This document shows, piece after piece, positions 11,305 to 22,527 of a stretch of DNA of 64,000 nucleotides. Within the stretch, counting starts at the first letter, position 1. Every line of letters starts with the position of its first letter. Source of the stretch: Savitreella phatthalungensis. Taxonomy: Eukaryota. Where the stretch lies: contig AP039709.1 of assembly GCA_051599415.1 (NCBI GenBank), positions 186,001-250,000 on the forward strand, in the 5' to 3' direction. The notes beneath the pieces were generated by a model. That model searched no databases. It was not told the origin of the DNA and saw only the letters and a program-made list of their open reading frames with translations. The translations under genes and the position numbers were made by a program.

Positions 11305-14300
11305 CTACCAGCCTGATGAACGTCTAGAGGGTTCGCTGCTCCCACCAGCTGCTCCTCCACCTTGCTGCTGCTGTTGACGAAGATGCCTTGGGACGTACTT
11401 GCCCGCTGTGCCTGCTGCTGGTGTTTGTTGCCCTTGCTGCTGGTTGTTGTTGGTGGCATCGGGGTCTGGCCGAGGTGAGCTTGGTGCTGCTGATGGTGTG
11501 GATCTGGATGGTTGACGTGAACCAAATCCTCCTGCTCCTCCAGCTGCTGCTGATGAGGATGCCTCGCGCGAGCCTTGACGCTGGTATGGAGGTGTATAGG
11601 CTTCGCGTGAGGCTTGACGTGATCCCATACCTGCGCCGGAAGCGCCGGAAGCTGGGCTGTCACGGCGGTAGGCGTCACCGTTACCCGCTCCTCCCTGGGA
11701 AGAAGCCACCCGCTGTGAACTCCACTTGCCCTGTCCTGGACGGTAGACGCCTGCGCTTGCGCGTGCGCCAGACGATGGAGGTGCTGATGCACCTGGCCCG
11801 CCTTCCCGACGAGCACGTAGTTTCGCCTCGGCAGCTTGCTCCCTTTCGCGCTGTCGCTGTGCTTGCTCGTCTAGTTTTTGGCGCTCTTGCTCGCGCTGAC
11901 GACGTGCTTCTTCTAGCTTCTGCTGACGCTCTGCGTCCTGCTGTCGCTTCAGCTCTGCTTCTTCTGCGGCTCTTGCTTCCCGTGCCTCGCGCTCTTCTTC
12001 CTCTCGCGCTCGTGCTTCTTCCTCTCGCGCACGCTGTTCCTCCTCCTCCTGCTGACGCTGGCGGAATTGCTCCCTCCGCTTCTCCTTCTCCTGCTCGAGC
12101 TTCGCCATCGCACGCTCACGCTTCTCCTTGAAAGCCTCGCCACGGCGGTCGACGAGCCGCTCTCGGTACGCCGCGTAGTCTGGCAGTACACGAACCATCC
12201 GCTGCTTCAACACCAGATCATCCTCGTGCTTCTGCTTAGCGAGCGCACGTGAAGCTTCACGCTGCGCCGTAAAGTTCGCTCGGTCTTCTAAAGCCTGGTC
12301 CTTAGCCGACTGCTCGATCATTGGGATCTCCGCACGACGGAAAGCGCGCTCGAGGTGGTCGATACGCTTTGCCGTGATGCGCATTCGCTCGTTGATGTCC
12401 CTCGTCGATTTCTCGAGAGCCTCGAGTTGGAGTGCACGCAGCTTGGCCGTGTCCAGCTGCTCGAGTTCCGCATCGTCGAGTTCCAAGTTTGTGCCTGATG
12501 CCTTGAGTTCCTCGACCAGACGCTTCGACTCGTCCGCCTTGATCTTGTCTTGCTCGCGCTTGATTCGGTCGAGTTCGCGACGACGGGCGTCCTCCGCTTG
12601 GCGCTTGTTCTCCGCTTCGACCTCGCGCTGCTGCTGGAGTGCTCGCTTGGCCGCCTCTTCCTGCTCGCGCTTCTGACGGACGGTGTTGGCGAGCTCCTTA
12701 CGACGCTCGATGATCTGCGCACGTGCGACGGTCTCCTCGTGCTCGCGCTCTGCGTTTGCGATCGATCGCGAGATTGCAGCCTTCTTGAGGGCAGCACGCT
12801 CCTCGCAGAACGCAGGGTCGACGTGAGACAGGGTGCTGTAGAGGCAGCGAGCGAGACGCGTGAGCTGAGACCTGACAAGCTCGGCCGGGGTCGCCTGAAG
12901 GCCGTGAGAGACCTGCCTGTCAGAGGCACGCTCGTTTGCCGGCTCAAGCACGTCAGAGTCGAAGGTGATGGCATTGTTGGCGTGGTCAATGCGCATGGCG
13001 AACTCGCCGCGCTTGCAACCGAGCATGATGAACTTCTCGACTGCGCCGTTCGGCAGGTCGAATGCCGAAGTCAGGGAAACGACATAGTCGAACGAGACAG
13101 TCTCGTAGACACGTGACAGCTGCTGGAACAGCTTGGTCATCGCAACCTGCTGGAGCGGCTCAACGTAGTGCTTTGTGACTTCACGAGAAGCTACCTGGGC
13201 AAGCAACGGCTGGACCTTGGTGCACAGGTCGAGTGGCAGGAACTGCGTCTCGAAGATGGCGTGGATCTCGCGTGCAAAGGCGATCGGCCGAGCACCTTTG
13301 ACGAGTGCCTCGCGCAGGAGTCCGGCACGTGTTGGAGGAGTTGACATGTTGAGGAGAGCGGCGAGGCGGACATTCTTGTTGCGCTGCTCGTCGAGGTCCA
13401 TGGCCACGCCACGCGGGTTGCCCTCGCGCATGGTTGGGATGGCCAGGGCAGAGAGCAGGGCGAGCGAGCCAAGCTTCTCGAGCTCTTCATCGGTAGCATT
13501 CTTGTTCTGAAGACGGACAATGGTCGCATACCTGTTGAAGGCTGCTGCGTGGAAGAGGTAGTTGCCCGAGACGAGGAAGATCTTCGAGAGCTTCTCGTAG
13601 TAGTTGGCCATGGTGGATGGCTTCGGTGGACGCTTGGCAATTGTCAGGAGGTTGTGGATGTCCTCAACTGATCTGAAGGCCTCCTGCCAGAGCTCCATGG
13701 CGACTGCCGTGTTGAGCTGGGCGAAACGGGTGTCGAGATGCCTTTGGAGGGTGTCCGGGTCATTGAGGTTGATGCCATGTGGCTGGCTCTGGTACTTTGC
13801 AGCTGTCTGAAGGTGGTTGCGGAGGAGGTCACAGAGCCTGCGGAACTCAGTCCTGCGTCCGTGGTTCTGGCAAAAGTCAAGAGCCTTGAGAGATACACGC
13901 TGGTAGGTCATCTCGAGACGACCATTGTTGCGGAGGATGTCGAGCACAGTGCGGTATGCCTCCCAGAGGAAACGCAACCACGGGGTGACGATAGCCCGGT
14001 CGGTACGATCTTTTGCCTCGTCACTCGACACGGTAGAGAGCAAGATTGATTCTGGAGTCTCTGTGGCCTCGAGGTCATCGATCGTGTCGAGGTTGATCTG
14101 TTCTGCCTTGTCACGTGCCTCACGGAACTTGGATTCGGCGAGATCAAGGAAGCGGGTAACGACGGTGACGAGTGTCTCGATCGAGGTGTTCTGAGCAATG
14201 TTCTTGTACTGGTAGAGACCTTCCTTAGCGACCTTGCCCTTGCGCTGCTCGACGGCGAGTTCGACGAGACGAAGCATGAATGGCTCAAGTGACGCGATTG

Positions 14301-14430
14301 AGGCTGACTTTGACCGCTTGCTGACTATTAAATCATGTAGGGAGTTGAGAGCGGCAGAGGACTGTCCGACAGAGACAAGTTCCTCTGCTCGCTTGAGCAC
14401 GTTCTCCGGACGCTGAGGGATTGGCGCCAT
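11305..14430 (-). CDS. TIF32: Translation initiation factor eIF3 subunit a
   Basis: RPENVLKRAEEL N-terminus, VTPWLRFLWEAYRTVLDILRNN, ELWQEAFRSVEDIH, PCI domain, long charged coiled coil. Confidence 0.97.
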   Translation of the reverse strand: MAPIPQRPENVLKRAEELVSVGQSSAALNSLHDLIVSKRSKSASIASLEPFMLRLVELAVEQRKGKVAKEGLYQYKNIAQNTSIETLVTVVTRFLDLAESKFREARDKAEQINLDTIDDLEATETPESILLSTVSSDEAKDRTDRAIVTPWLRFLWEAYRTVLDILRNNGRLEMTYQRVSLKALDFCQNHGRRTEFRRLCDLLRNHLQTAAKYQSQPHGINLNDPDTLQRHLDTRFAQLNTAVAMELWQEAFRSVEDIHNLLTIAKRPPKPSTMANYYEKLSKIFLVSGNYLFHAAAFNRYATIVRLQNKNATDEELEKLGSLALLSALAIPTMREGNPRGVAMDLDEQRNKNVRLAALLNMSTPPTRAGLLREALVKGARPIAFAREIHAIFETQFLPLDLCTKVQPLLAQVASREVTKHYVEPLQQVAMTKLFQQLSRVYETVSFDYVVSLTSAFDLPNGAVEKFIMLGCKRGEFAMRIDHANNAITFDSDVLEPANERASDRQVSHGLQATPAELVRSQLTRLARCLYSTLSHVDPAFCEERAALKKAAISRSIANAEREHEETVARAQIIERRKELANTVRQKREQEEAAKRALQQQREVEAENKRQAEDARRRELDRIKREQDKIKADESKRLVEELKASGTNLELDDAELEQLDTAKLRALQLEALEKSTRDINERMRITAKRIDHLERAFRRAEIPMIEQSAKDQALEDRANFTAQREASRALAKQKHEDDLVLKQRMVRVLPDYAAYRERLVDRRGEAFKEKRERAMAKLEQEKEKRREQFRQRQQEEEEQRAREEEARAREEEEREAREARAAEEAELKRQQDAERQQKLEEARRQREQERQKLDEQAQRQREREQAAEAKLRARREGGPGASAPPSSGARASAGVYRPGQGKWSSQRVASSQGGAGNGDAYRRDSPASGASGAGMGSRQASREAYTPPYQRQGSREASSSAAAGGAGGFGSRQPSRSTPSAAPSSPRPDPDATNNNQQQGQQTPAAGTAGKYVPRHLRQQQQQGGGAAGGSSEPSRRSSGW

Positions 14431-14542
14431 GATTCGGAGTGATTGATGGAGCAGAAGTTGAAAAGGGAGAAGTTTGACCTCTTGATTGTGTCTTGTTTAG
14501 CTGGCCTCTTGAATTGAGGTTTCCCGTGTTCCGAAGAACGAT

Positions 14543-14618
14543 CTGGGAGAAAGAAGAAGTGAGGACGAGCACAAGCACAAGCACAAGCACAGGCACAAAG
14601 GTTGACTGATGGACTGAC
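14543..14618 (-). other. Candidate 76-nt intron in the eIF3a 5' leader
   Basis: Minus strand AG|GTCAGT donor, TCCTCAC branch-like site, pyrimidine tract TTCTTCTTTCTCCCAG acceptor. It encloses an imperfect (TTGTGC)x5 repeat. Confidence 0.5.
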
Positions 14619-15185
14619 CTCTTTGTGTGTGTGTGTTGTGTGTATGTGTGTGCGTATGTGTGGTAAGAAGACTACAGTAGATGAACTTGTTCGCGACGAC
14701 GCGCGACACTCAATTTTTTTTTTTCTCACTCGATTTCGGTGGTTTGAACGAATTTCCTGAAATTTCATGCATTCGCCTGCATCTTGTGAACGGTCAAGTC
14801 ACGTGTATCTGATGAATTTCACAAATGTTAATAAATTGTTAGTCCAGGTGAGATTTTCAATAATTTTCACAATTTCAGAACTAATTAACCGCATCTGGCT
14901 CATAATCGATCTCATTCCCCGACGCTAGCAACTCTCATCACTCACTTACTCGCACAACCACCAACCACACTTACACACACACACACTCACACTCACCCAC
15001 CCCCCCAGCCATCAACAAGCATCCAAGAATCTACAACAGAGCGCTAGAACTTCCTTCATCCTATCTCTATAGATCGCAGTCGCATACTCTCTGCGCGATC
15101 ACTCTTCACACTCTCTCCGGCTGGACTATTCATCTTCGTGACCCTTGGACACTACCACCGACCTGGAGTGCGACAGTTTGTAAGG

Positions 15186-15464
15186 ATGGCGCCTCAAGCT
15201 GGATCTGTGGGTCAGGCTTCGGCTAAGAAGGCTTCGATGAGTGAGATCAAGTTGCGGCGGCTGACTGAGTTGAACGGTCGGTTGCGCGATGATTTGGAAA
15301 GGGAGCGGGTGCCAGTGTCTGAGGCTTGCAAGGCCTTGATTGATTACTGCACGAACACGCGCGATCCGATGATCCCCAGTGTCTGGGGACCGCTCAAGCC
15401 TGCAGATGATCCCTACAACACTCAGGTTCAGAAACAGGCAGGTGGGTTCTGCTCGTGTCTCTAG
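15186..15464 (+). CDS. Heterotrimeric G-protein gamma subunit
   Basis: SMSEIKLRRLTELNGRLRDDLERERVPVSEA...YCTNTRDPMIPSVWG...DPY, C-terminal CaaX (CSCL). First ATG at 15186. Confidence 0.93.
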   Translation: MAPQAGSVGQASAKKASMSEIKLRRLTELNGRLRDDLERERVPVSEACKALIDYCTNTRDPMIPSVWGPLKPADDPYNTQVQKQAGGFCSCL

Positions 15465-15842
15465 AAGGGCAGCCTTTCACACACATAACCTCTCACAATA
15501 CACACCCACACGCCCACACACCCACACACCCACACACAACCCCATATAATACGAAACACACACCACACACCTTCTTCTTTTGTACTAACAAACATACTGG
15601 ATCATCTCATCTCGTCTCGTCTCGTCTTCATGAATTACAATGTTGTATGTGCGTAAGAAAAGAGGTAGTCCTTGACTGGTTTGCTGCTGATTGTCTCATC
15701 CCATCTCACATGCCACGATCGGCTTTCGCTTTGGCTTGTGCATGTCATCCGTGTGTACCAATGTGTGTGGGTGGGTGAGATATTGACGGGGTATTTCGAG
15801 AGGGTATTGGTCGTCATCGAGTATAAGTTCATGGGGGACTAA

Positions 15843-17792
15843 TTAAGAGGTCTGAGTATTCAAGACGGAAAGCCACTCTGCGCCGACTTCCTTCTTCAAC
15901 CGCTCGATCTTCGCCCGGTAGTCTTCAGGTGATAGGGTTGGTAGGGCTAGAGGTAGTGATGATAGATCCGCTTCTCCTTGGCCATGCCCACTTGAGAATT
16001 TCACCTCTTCTGAAGGACTCTTGCCGTGGAGGTGCGCGTGCGGCTGGGAGACGTCTCGTCTCCGACGGGGACGCAAGGGAGAGACGTTCGAGGGTGAGTC
16101 AACGAGGACGGCGGCTGCAGCTGTGGAGTCTGTAGTCGCCGAATCGCCGTCAAGGTCGACAATTCTGGATTTGCCAGGTTTCTTGCGTGTTGCTGCGACG
16201 GCCGTGTTATGGCCGTTGGGTGCTGCGCCGGTGTGTGAGGATGATCTGCCGCTGGCGCTGGCTGGCGATCTCGCTCGCGCTGCTGGCGCCCCTGCGTTGG
16301 CCACGCGAATCGTCTCTGTGAGACTCTCCGGCCTGCTGCCGGCAGTCTGAACTGACAGACGCTTCTTCCTCGGCGTCGTCACAATCACAGGGACAGGCTC
16401 TTCTGCGCGAGCCACCAGGTACCGCTTCTCGAGCATCCCAGGAGCGCGACCGTCAATCAGAATATCCTCTGAGAGATGGTGATTGCCGCGGAAGATATTG
16501 AAGATTGTCGTTCGATAGTCTGAAAAGGCTCGGGTGAATGGGTTCCCGTTCACATAGACCTCCTTGAATAGCGGCATGCCGGGAGACAACCGTGCAAGTT
16601 CGACGGGATCTTTCAGATGGTTATCCCGGATATCGAGACGCTCGAGCCCTGCCAGGCGCTCTATACCTGCGAGGGAGGCTAGCCGGTTGTGGCGAAGTGT
16701 GAGGGTGGCGATGCTGGGTAGTGGGTGCTGTGCGAGCGCGTGAAGGGTTGTGATGGCGCAGTACGAGAGATCGAGTGAGCGGAGATGCGTCAGGGCAGCA
16801 AGTGACACCGGCACAGACGTAAGTGGGTTCCGCGACAGGTCCAGAAACTGGAGTGAATCGACCAGCGGCGCAAGTCCGGCGTCTGTCACATCTGCGAGCG
16901 CATTATCAGCCAACGATAGATACCGGAGTAACCGCCACTTGTCGTCATGTGCATCGCCACGTCCGCCAGCCGATAGTTCTGGTGACCTGTTGACAGGTCT
17001 ATCAGCGGTACTAGTTGCACCACCACTTGCCAAGGTGTCCTCTCTTGGGTGCTGCCTGCGCAACGCACGCTCCTGACGCCGTCGCTTGATTTCGTGCTCT
17101 CGCCGTGGCACGTGCAAGGTGAGTTCCTCGAGGTTGTCGATACTGCATCTGCGCAACACGAGACTGGTCAGTTGTTCCGCTAGAGCGTCCCAGCCAAACA
17201 CGCTCGTGATTGGGTAGTCGACGAGTTCGAGAAACTGGAGATTCTTGAACGCCAGGAGCGGAACGGATGTGTCGAACGGGTGGTCTTCGTAGCCCTTGAC
17301 GCGCGCAGGCTGCTTTGAAGGCTGCAGGCGCACGGTAGGTATCTTGCAGAACGCGCTATAGAGCTGCTTGAGGTCGTGTTCGATCTGTTCCTCTGTCCTG
17401 GCTGCGCCGCCACCGAATAGGCCAGACCACATCCCGAGACTCGAGACGACCGACCTGATGGAGGAGACTGATCGAATCGAGGCCGCATCTGCATCCCTGA
17501 ATGAGACATAGTTCCCGCCGGAGCTGCTCTGGCGTGTGACTGTGACGCCGCTTGCGCTCGTGCTGGCATTGCTGCCGGCCGTTGAGATTGAGTCTCTGAC
17601 ATCGGCCTCTAGTGCTTCGAGTCTGACGTTGAGAGGACCGATAGGCACGTCCAGATCGTCGAATCGCCTGAGAAGGTAATACAGGTGGTGTAGTGTGAGG
17701 GTCGCAGGGTTGCGCGTCGAACGATCACTCAGTCTGCGGCCTTCCGCGCTTACCCACTGCGCTAGCCGATGCACGTACGCGTCGCCGTCCAT
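15843..17792 (-). CDS. Leucine-rich-repeat protein (conserved fungal type)
   Basis: Tandem LxxLxLxxN repeats (LRYLSLADN, LQFLDLSRN, LRSLDLSYC, LERLDIRDN), LRR cap GNPF, disordered tail. Confidence 0.8.
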   Translation of the reverse strand: MDGDAYVHRLAQWVSAEGRRLSDRSTRNPATLTLHHLYYLLRRFDDLDVPIGPLNVRLEALEADVRDSISTAGSNASTSASGVTVTRQSSSGGNYVSFRDADAASIRSVSSIRSVVSSLGMWSGLFGGGAARTEEQIEHDLKQLYSAFCKIPTVRLQPSKQPARVKGYEDHPFDTSVPLLAFKNLQFLELVDYPITSVFGWDALAEQLTSLVLRRCSIDNLEELTLHVPRREHEIKRRRQERALRRQHPREDTLASGGATSTADRPVNRSPELSAGGRGDAHDDKWRLLRYLSLADNALADVTDAGLAPLVDSLQFLDLSRNPLTSVPVSLAALTHLRSLDLSYCAITTLHALAQHPLPSIATLTLRHNRLASLAGIERLAGLERLDIRDNHLKDPVELARLSPGMPLFKEVYVNGNPFTRAFSDYRTTIFNIFRGNHHLSEDILIDGRAPGMLEKRYLVARAEEPVPVIVTTPRKKRLSVQTAGSRPESLTETIRVANAGAPAARARSPASASGRSSSHTGAAPNGHNTAVAATRKKPGKSRIVDLDGDSATTDSTAAAAVLVDSPSNVSPLRPRRRRDVSQPHAHLHGKSPSEEVKFSSGHGQGEADLSSLPLALPTLSPEDYRAKIERLKKEVGAEWLSVLNTQTS

Positions 17793-18633
17793 ATCTCCCC
17801 CAGATCTGCTCGGGGATTTCTATGGAGGACTGCGAACTGCGTCGTTCGATTCGGCTTCCGCGCGGGTCGCCTTGCTCCGCGGAGTCGGCGCTAGGAGACT
17901 CTCGCTGATGGAGTGATGGTGAAGATTTCCTGACCTTTGATGTTTATGGTGATAATGGAATGGAGATTGAGAATGTTGTCCTGGTGTGTTTGAAACACAT
18001 GCACGTGCACAGGGGCAGATGAAGAAGAGATCAAATTTGGGTGGAAGAGATCCAGGTTCCTATCTAGATCGGGTCAAAGATCTTTACATTCAATATCCTT
18101 TAATTTACTTGTTTCACCTTGATAATCGAGCATCGAGATTGTATCTAATTTCAGCCAAACAAATATACACAGATTATCAACTTGAAACGATCCTAATCTG
18201 CTTGAACACCTGCTCAGAGTTGAACTTCGAATTTGCATAGGAACAGGATCTCCCGACCCCACCTGATATGACTACACCCATTTCCAACAGGCGTCGCTGA
18301 TGTCTTAACCCCCTGTGTGTACAGCCACTCACACCTGCATGTGCATAGGTATACGCGCGCTCGCGCAGAGTGCACGGATGAGTCACAGGAACCGAGTCAT
18401 CGATCGGCTTGATCACGGGCAAGGCAAAGTGGAGGGGAGAAAGAAGCGAGTTTCCGAAGGCTTTTAGTATTGCTTCTACACAGCTTTGTAGTGGTTGTGG
18501 TATTTATGTACATAGTGAGTTGAAAGGCATGATGATCAGGTCACGTCTCGATCAAGTCAGGTCCTGCCTGGCTGATGACGACGACGACGTAGACCCGATG
18601 GATCAAATTTTGGGAATGTGGAAAAAGGACGAT

Positions 18634-20619
18634 TTAGATACTCATGACAGGTCTGAACTCGCAAGGATTCTTGTCCTTTGCCTGCGTGAGTTTCTGTTTC
18701 GTGCCGATGGCCTGCATCTTCACATGGCCAGTGTGGTCGACAGGTGGTCTGCGAGGATTTAGTTGCGGATTTCGCTCGGCTTTGATGCATCGGCGGGCGT
18801 CTCGAGCGGCCTGACGACGTTCCTTGCGCTCGCGTCTGCGCTGGGCACGCTGCTCGTTGCTCTGCTTGATCATCATCGCTCGGCACGGCTTCGGCGGGAA
18901 GCGGGAAGTGTTGCCGTGTCCGTGGCGGCGAGGAAGAGAGCGGGAAGTCTTGTCCATGTTGCGACGGGCTGCCAGGGGCGGCGACCACATGCGAGGGGAG
19001 CGAGGCGCACGGATTGCCGTTGCCCCAGCTACTTCGTCAGCCATCAATCCCTTCTTCATCGTGGTTGGCCCACGAAGCTTCTGTTTCGACTCAACCTCTG
19101 CTTCTGAGTCTGTGCCAGAGTCGGGGAAGGTGGGATCAATGTCTTGAGGTTTGGGCAGTCGGCGGCGAGCAGCCTTCTCTCGGCATGCCGCATCAAATGC
19201 AGCGCACGCCGGCTGATCCTCGTCCATATTGCCAGCACAAAAGTCCGTCGTATCAGGCAGGTCAGACTCACTCGGCGGTTGAGGCTGGCTGACTGTACGT
19301 GTGGTATGAGGACTGCTCGGCATGATCAATGGCATGACCTGCTGCTCGCTTGAGAAATGAGGCCTCGTGGGCGTCTGAACGCTTTGATTCAAATTGGGAA
19401 AGATGTCATCGTCAAAGACAGATGCACCGTCATCCGATTCGATATCTTCCTGATATCCGTCGTCATCCGAGTCGAGATCGAGATCGAGATCGGACGGTTC
19501 GTCGGCGAGGTCGTCGTCATCGTCTTCGTCCGCATCTTCGTCTTCGTCTTCTTCTTCTTCGTCATCGTCCTCATTGTCTTCGTCGTCATTTGCCTCGTCA
19601 TCGTCTTGCCCGATGTCTGCATCATTCTCGTCGTCTTCTTCAACCTCTTCAACAGGGTCGACCACCTTTCCAACAGCCTCCTTCTGGAGGACTGTCTCGA
19701 TGGCGGACTTGCACGTCTTAGGTTTCGGAGTCGGGAGAGCAGCATCGTCAGTGGCTTCATCGGTCGAGTCACCTGCTTTGCAGTTGTTGACGCTATCTGG
19801 CACTCGGATCGTCAAATCGATAGATGGTCTGCGTGAGGTGTTGTCGGTACTTGCGGTGCGTGACGGTGGATTTGAGGCTGCAAACTTGATTGTACGGGGA
19901 CGAGGCGCTGGTTCTCCAGCAGCGATGGTCGAAGAACCACCATTTGCGGCACTCTGGGTTGTGCTGTCGGACTGAGATGCGTCTGTAGTGGCGCTGTCCT
20001 TAATAGCAAATGAGATCTTCCGTGCTACCGGTGTTTTCTCATGATCAGCCTCTGAGCAGCTCGAAGGAGCTTCTCTCACGGGCGGAGGAACGCCGAAGGA
20101 GACGTGACGCTCGCCATGGGTGTGCTCAGAGTGAGACGGTTGCCTGCTAGGTGCAGCGGAGGTGACTCGAGATGAGACGTTTGAATTTGTCCGTACAGGT
20201 GCAGGACCAAAAGATATCCGTTTCGGTGGGCTTGCGAGCATCGGCGGCGTGGTTCTCGTCGAGTCGGAACCGTGATCAGAGACCAGCTCGTGACTTGTGG
20301 TTGCCGGTGACGAAGGCACGCTCGTCGTTTGTGGCTGTGGCTTGAGCATCTCAGACAGGAGGGAAGCACAAGTCCTGCCTGTAGGGCTGAGGATCTTGAG
20401 CATATCTCCGGAGCACTTGCGCTTTTCGAATGCCGCGGCTACTTCATCCGCCTTGTAGCTGTCGAGAGAGGTGTCAATGGAGAGTGTTGCAGGTGCGTTG
20501 AGCGTTGCCCAATAGTGCGCTGGCATGGCTGAGCGTCGTTCAACAAAGTACTTGACTCTGTCATCGCCAGGTCTGTTGATTGAGTTGCCAGGAGTGGGAG
20601 CTGAATGATCTTCTGCCAT
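18634..20619 (-). CDS. Uncharacterised largely disordered protein with acidic tract
   Basis: 661-codon ORF. Short motifs LPDTTDFCAGNMDEDQP and PQDIDPTFP resemble a conserved unnamed ascomycete family (from memory). Start may lie further upstream (see findings). Confidence 0.75.
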   Translation of the reverse strand: MAEDHSAPTPGNSINRPGDDRVKYFVERRSAMPAHYWATLNAPATLSIDTSLDSYKADEVAAAFEKRKCSGDMLKILSPTGRTCASLLSEMLKPQPQTTSVPSSPATTSHELVSDHGSDSTRTTPPMLASPPKRISFGPAPVRTNSNVSSRVTSAAPSRQPSHSEHTHGERHVSFGVPPPVREAPSSCSEADHEKTPVARKISFAIKDSATTDASQSDSTTQSAANGGSSTIAAGEPAPRPRTIKFAASNPPSRTASTDNTSRRPSIDLTIRVPDSVNNCKAGDSTDEATDDAALPTPKPKTCKSAIETVLQKEAVGKVVDPVEEVEEDDENDADIGQDDDEANDDEDNEDDDEEEEDEDEDADEDDDDDLADEPSDLDLDLDSDDDGYQEDIESDDGASVFDDDIFPNLNQSVQTPTRPHFSSEQQVMPLIMPSSPHTTRTVSQPQPPSESDLPDTTDFCAGNMDEDQPACAAFDAACREKAARRRLPKPQDIDPTFPDSGTDSEAEVESKQKLRGPTTMKKGLMADEVAGATAIRAPRSPRMWSPPLAARRNMDKTSRSLPRRHGHGNTSRFPPKPCRAMMIKQSNEQRAQRRRERKERRQAARDARRCIKAERNPQLNPRRPPVDHTGHVKMQAIGTKQKLTQAKDKNPCEFRPVMSI

Positions 20620-22527
20620 GATGGTGGATCTCAGCTCTTCCTCGGCTTGGGATGGTGGATTATTTGATGCTCTGTTGGAGAGTCTTGTAGCAGGAAATGC
20701 TGGAGTAGAGGTACCAGCAGAAGTGGAGACAGCAGGGAATGGGCTGCTCTGTGAGCACTGTGTAGTCTCAAGAGACAGCAGCGCTGCCTTTTGCTTGGTA
20801 CTGGAGGTTTGTGAGGGCCCGGACGGGCTATCTGTTATCTGACGAGGAGGAGCGTCATGGTAGGTAGATGCCGGCTGTCGGCGGGGAGAGGGAGGTAGGA
20901 AGGTGGATGTAGGTTCGGACGGTGTGGACGATCTACCTCTCGCTTGTAGAGACGCCGTTTGCGGAGAATGTGGGTGTGATCGCGTAGGTAGTTGTGTTGA
21001 TAAGTCACGACCGGAAGAGAGGCAGTCTTGCTGATGACGCTTTGTCGTTTCAGAGAGAACTGAATCCGAGCGAGATGGTCAGGACAAATGCCAGAGCGCG
21101 CGCTACGGACGTGCGTGCGTGTGTGTGAGTTTAAAGGCTGGGGAGGTGATGCACAGATCAGCTGTCACTTTGCGTTTCAACGTGTGAGAGTCGTCCGCTA
21201 ATGAGGAGAAGAGAGCAATGTAACGAGACGAAGCGCGACCCTGAAACGCTGTCGCTGAGCGCGATAGAGTCTGGAGTGAACTTTGACGTACGGCTGATCT
21301 GAGTCAGGGTGCGCGTGAATGTGTCAGCGTGCGAGAGTGTGAGAGTGAGTCAGTGAGGGAAGGTGCGCCTTGGGTGTGGTGACTTGGTGAGTCTCTTTGG
21401 TGACCCTCTCTCTCTCGGTGATACTGCTCTCTGGCTGGCTGTAGTGCAGCTTGGCTTTTCTACACTGTATTTCTCACTTTCAGCTGATTCTTGACTTTGT
21501 TTTCTCACATGGGTTCAGAAAGAGGGAAAAAGGAAAAGTGGATCTGCGTTTGAGTTGGAATGATCATGCTGGAGACATCATCACTCAGGGCCAGACTGCC
21601 TCCAGAATCAATGTGAGAGGAGGAGCTGATGATGGCTTGAATTCTGCTTCCTTGATACTGGTAATAATCAATTTTAATTGAGCCTGTGCCGTTGACCTTC
21701 ATGATTTTTGCTCTCTGATTTCTGATTTCTAATTCCATAATTTCTGATTTCCAATTTCCAAATTCTCAATTGATAATATAAAATTCCTTCATTCGCAGTA
21801 TTAAACCGCAGAGGGAATATGAGAGAAAGGATTTTGATTCTCACATTTTTTTTAAGTGAGAAATTGGGAGCCGCCTCTATACAATGGCAACTAAAAAGAT
21901 GGATGACATGCCATTATTTTGATTGGCAGATTCAGCCAGTTCTTGAGTGATTCTGAGCTCAGGCCTCTTGATTTCGATCTCGTCTTTAGTAGTGCTTTCT
22001 TAATAATTTGATTTGACATGTCATCTCTGCTCCTCTTTTCTCCGCTATGATACGTGCCAAGCATTTTCATTCCCTCCCAATTCAGGCTTCTAATCCAAAT
22101 TTTGTTCTCACTTATAGAGGGCATCATCGTTCATCCGCATAATCTGCTTATGACTATATAGCTTAGCTAGATTACATCCACTGCTCGTATTGTTCGCTTT
22201 TGTTCTTCACTTCTGAAAAGTCTCTAAATCATTTGCGTGACTTTAGCATGCGTCATACACGTGTTCTCCGATCAGCTCGCTCGCTTGCTCTTGTCATGTT
22301 TCTCCGCTCTACCGTCACTTCAAATACTCCCATTAAAGTGGCGTCATGGAGTACTTGTGGCATAGAATATTGCGTACGGGGACCTGGAAGACTGGTAGGC
22401 GAGAATCGCTCTCTCATGAAAGTACTGCACATGATCTGCAGCTTCTTGCTTCTGTTTTCTGCTCTGCTCCGTCAAATCGATCGAGATGGGTAAATTGCCT
22501 CGAACATCTGTGGCCACCCACCACTGA

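Noticed and set aside
15440..15657. Possible intron at the G-gamma 3' end (GTGGGT donor, TACTAAC at 15583)
   Set aside because: The first AG is about 65 nt past the branch site, and splicing would delete the CaaX motif.
21620..21720. C/D snoRNA-like TGATGA…CTGA
   Set aside because: No terminal stem or recognisable guide sequence; the motifs are too short to be significant.
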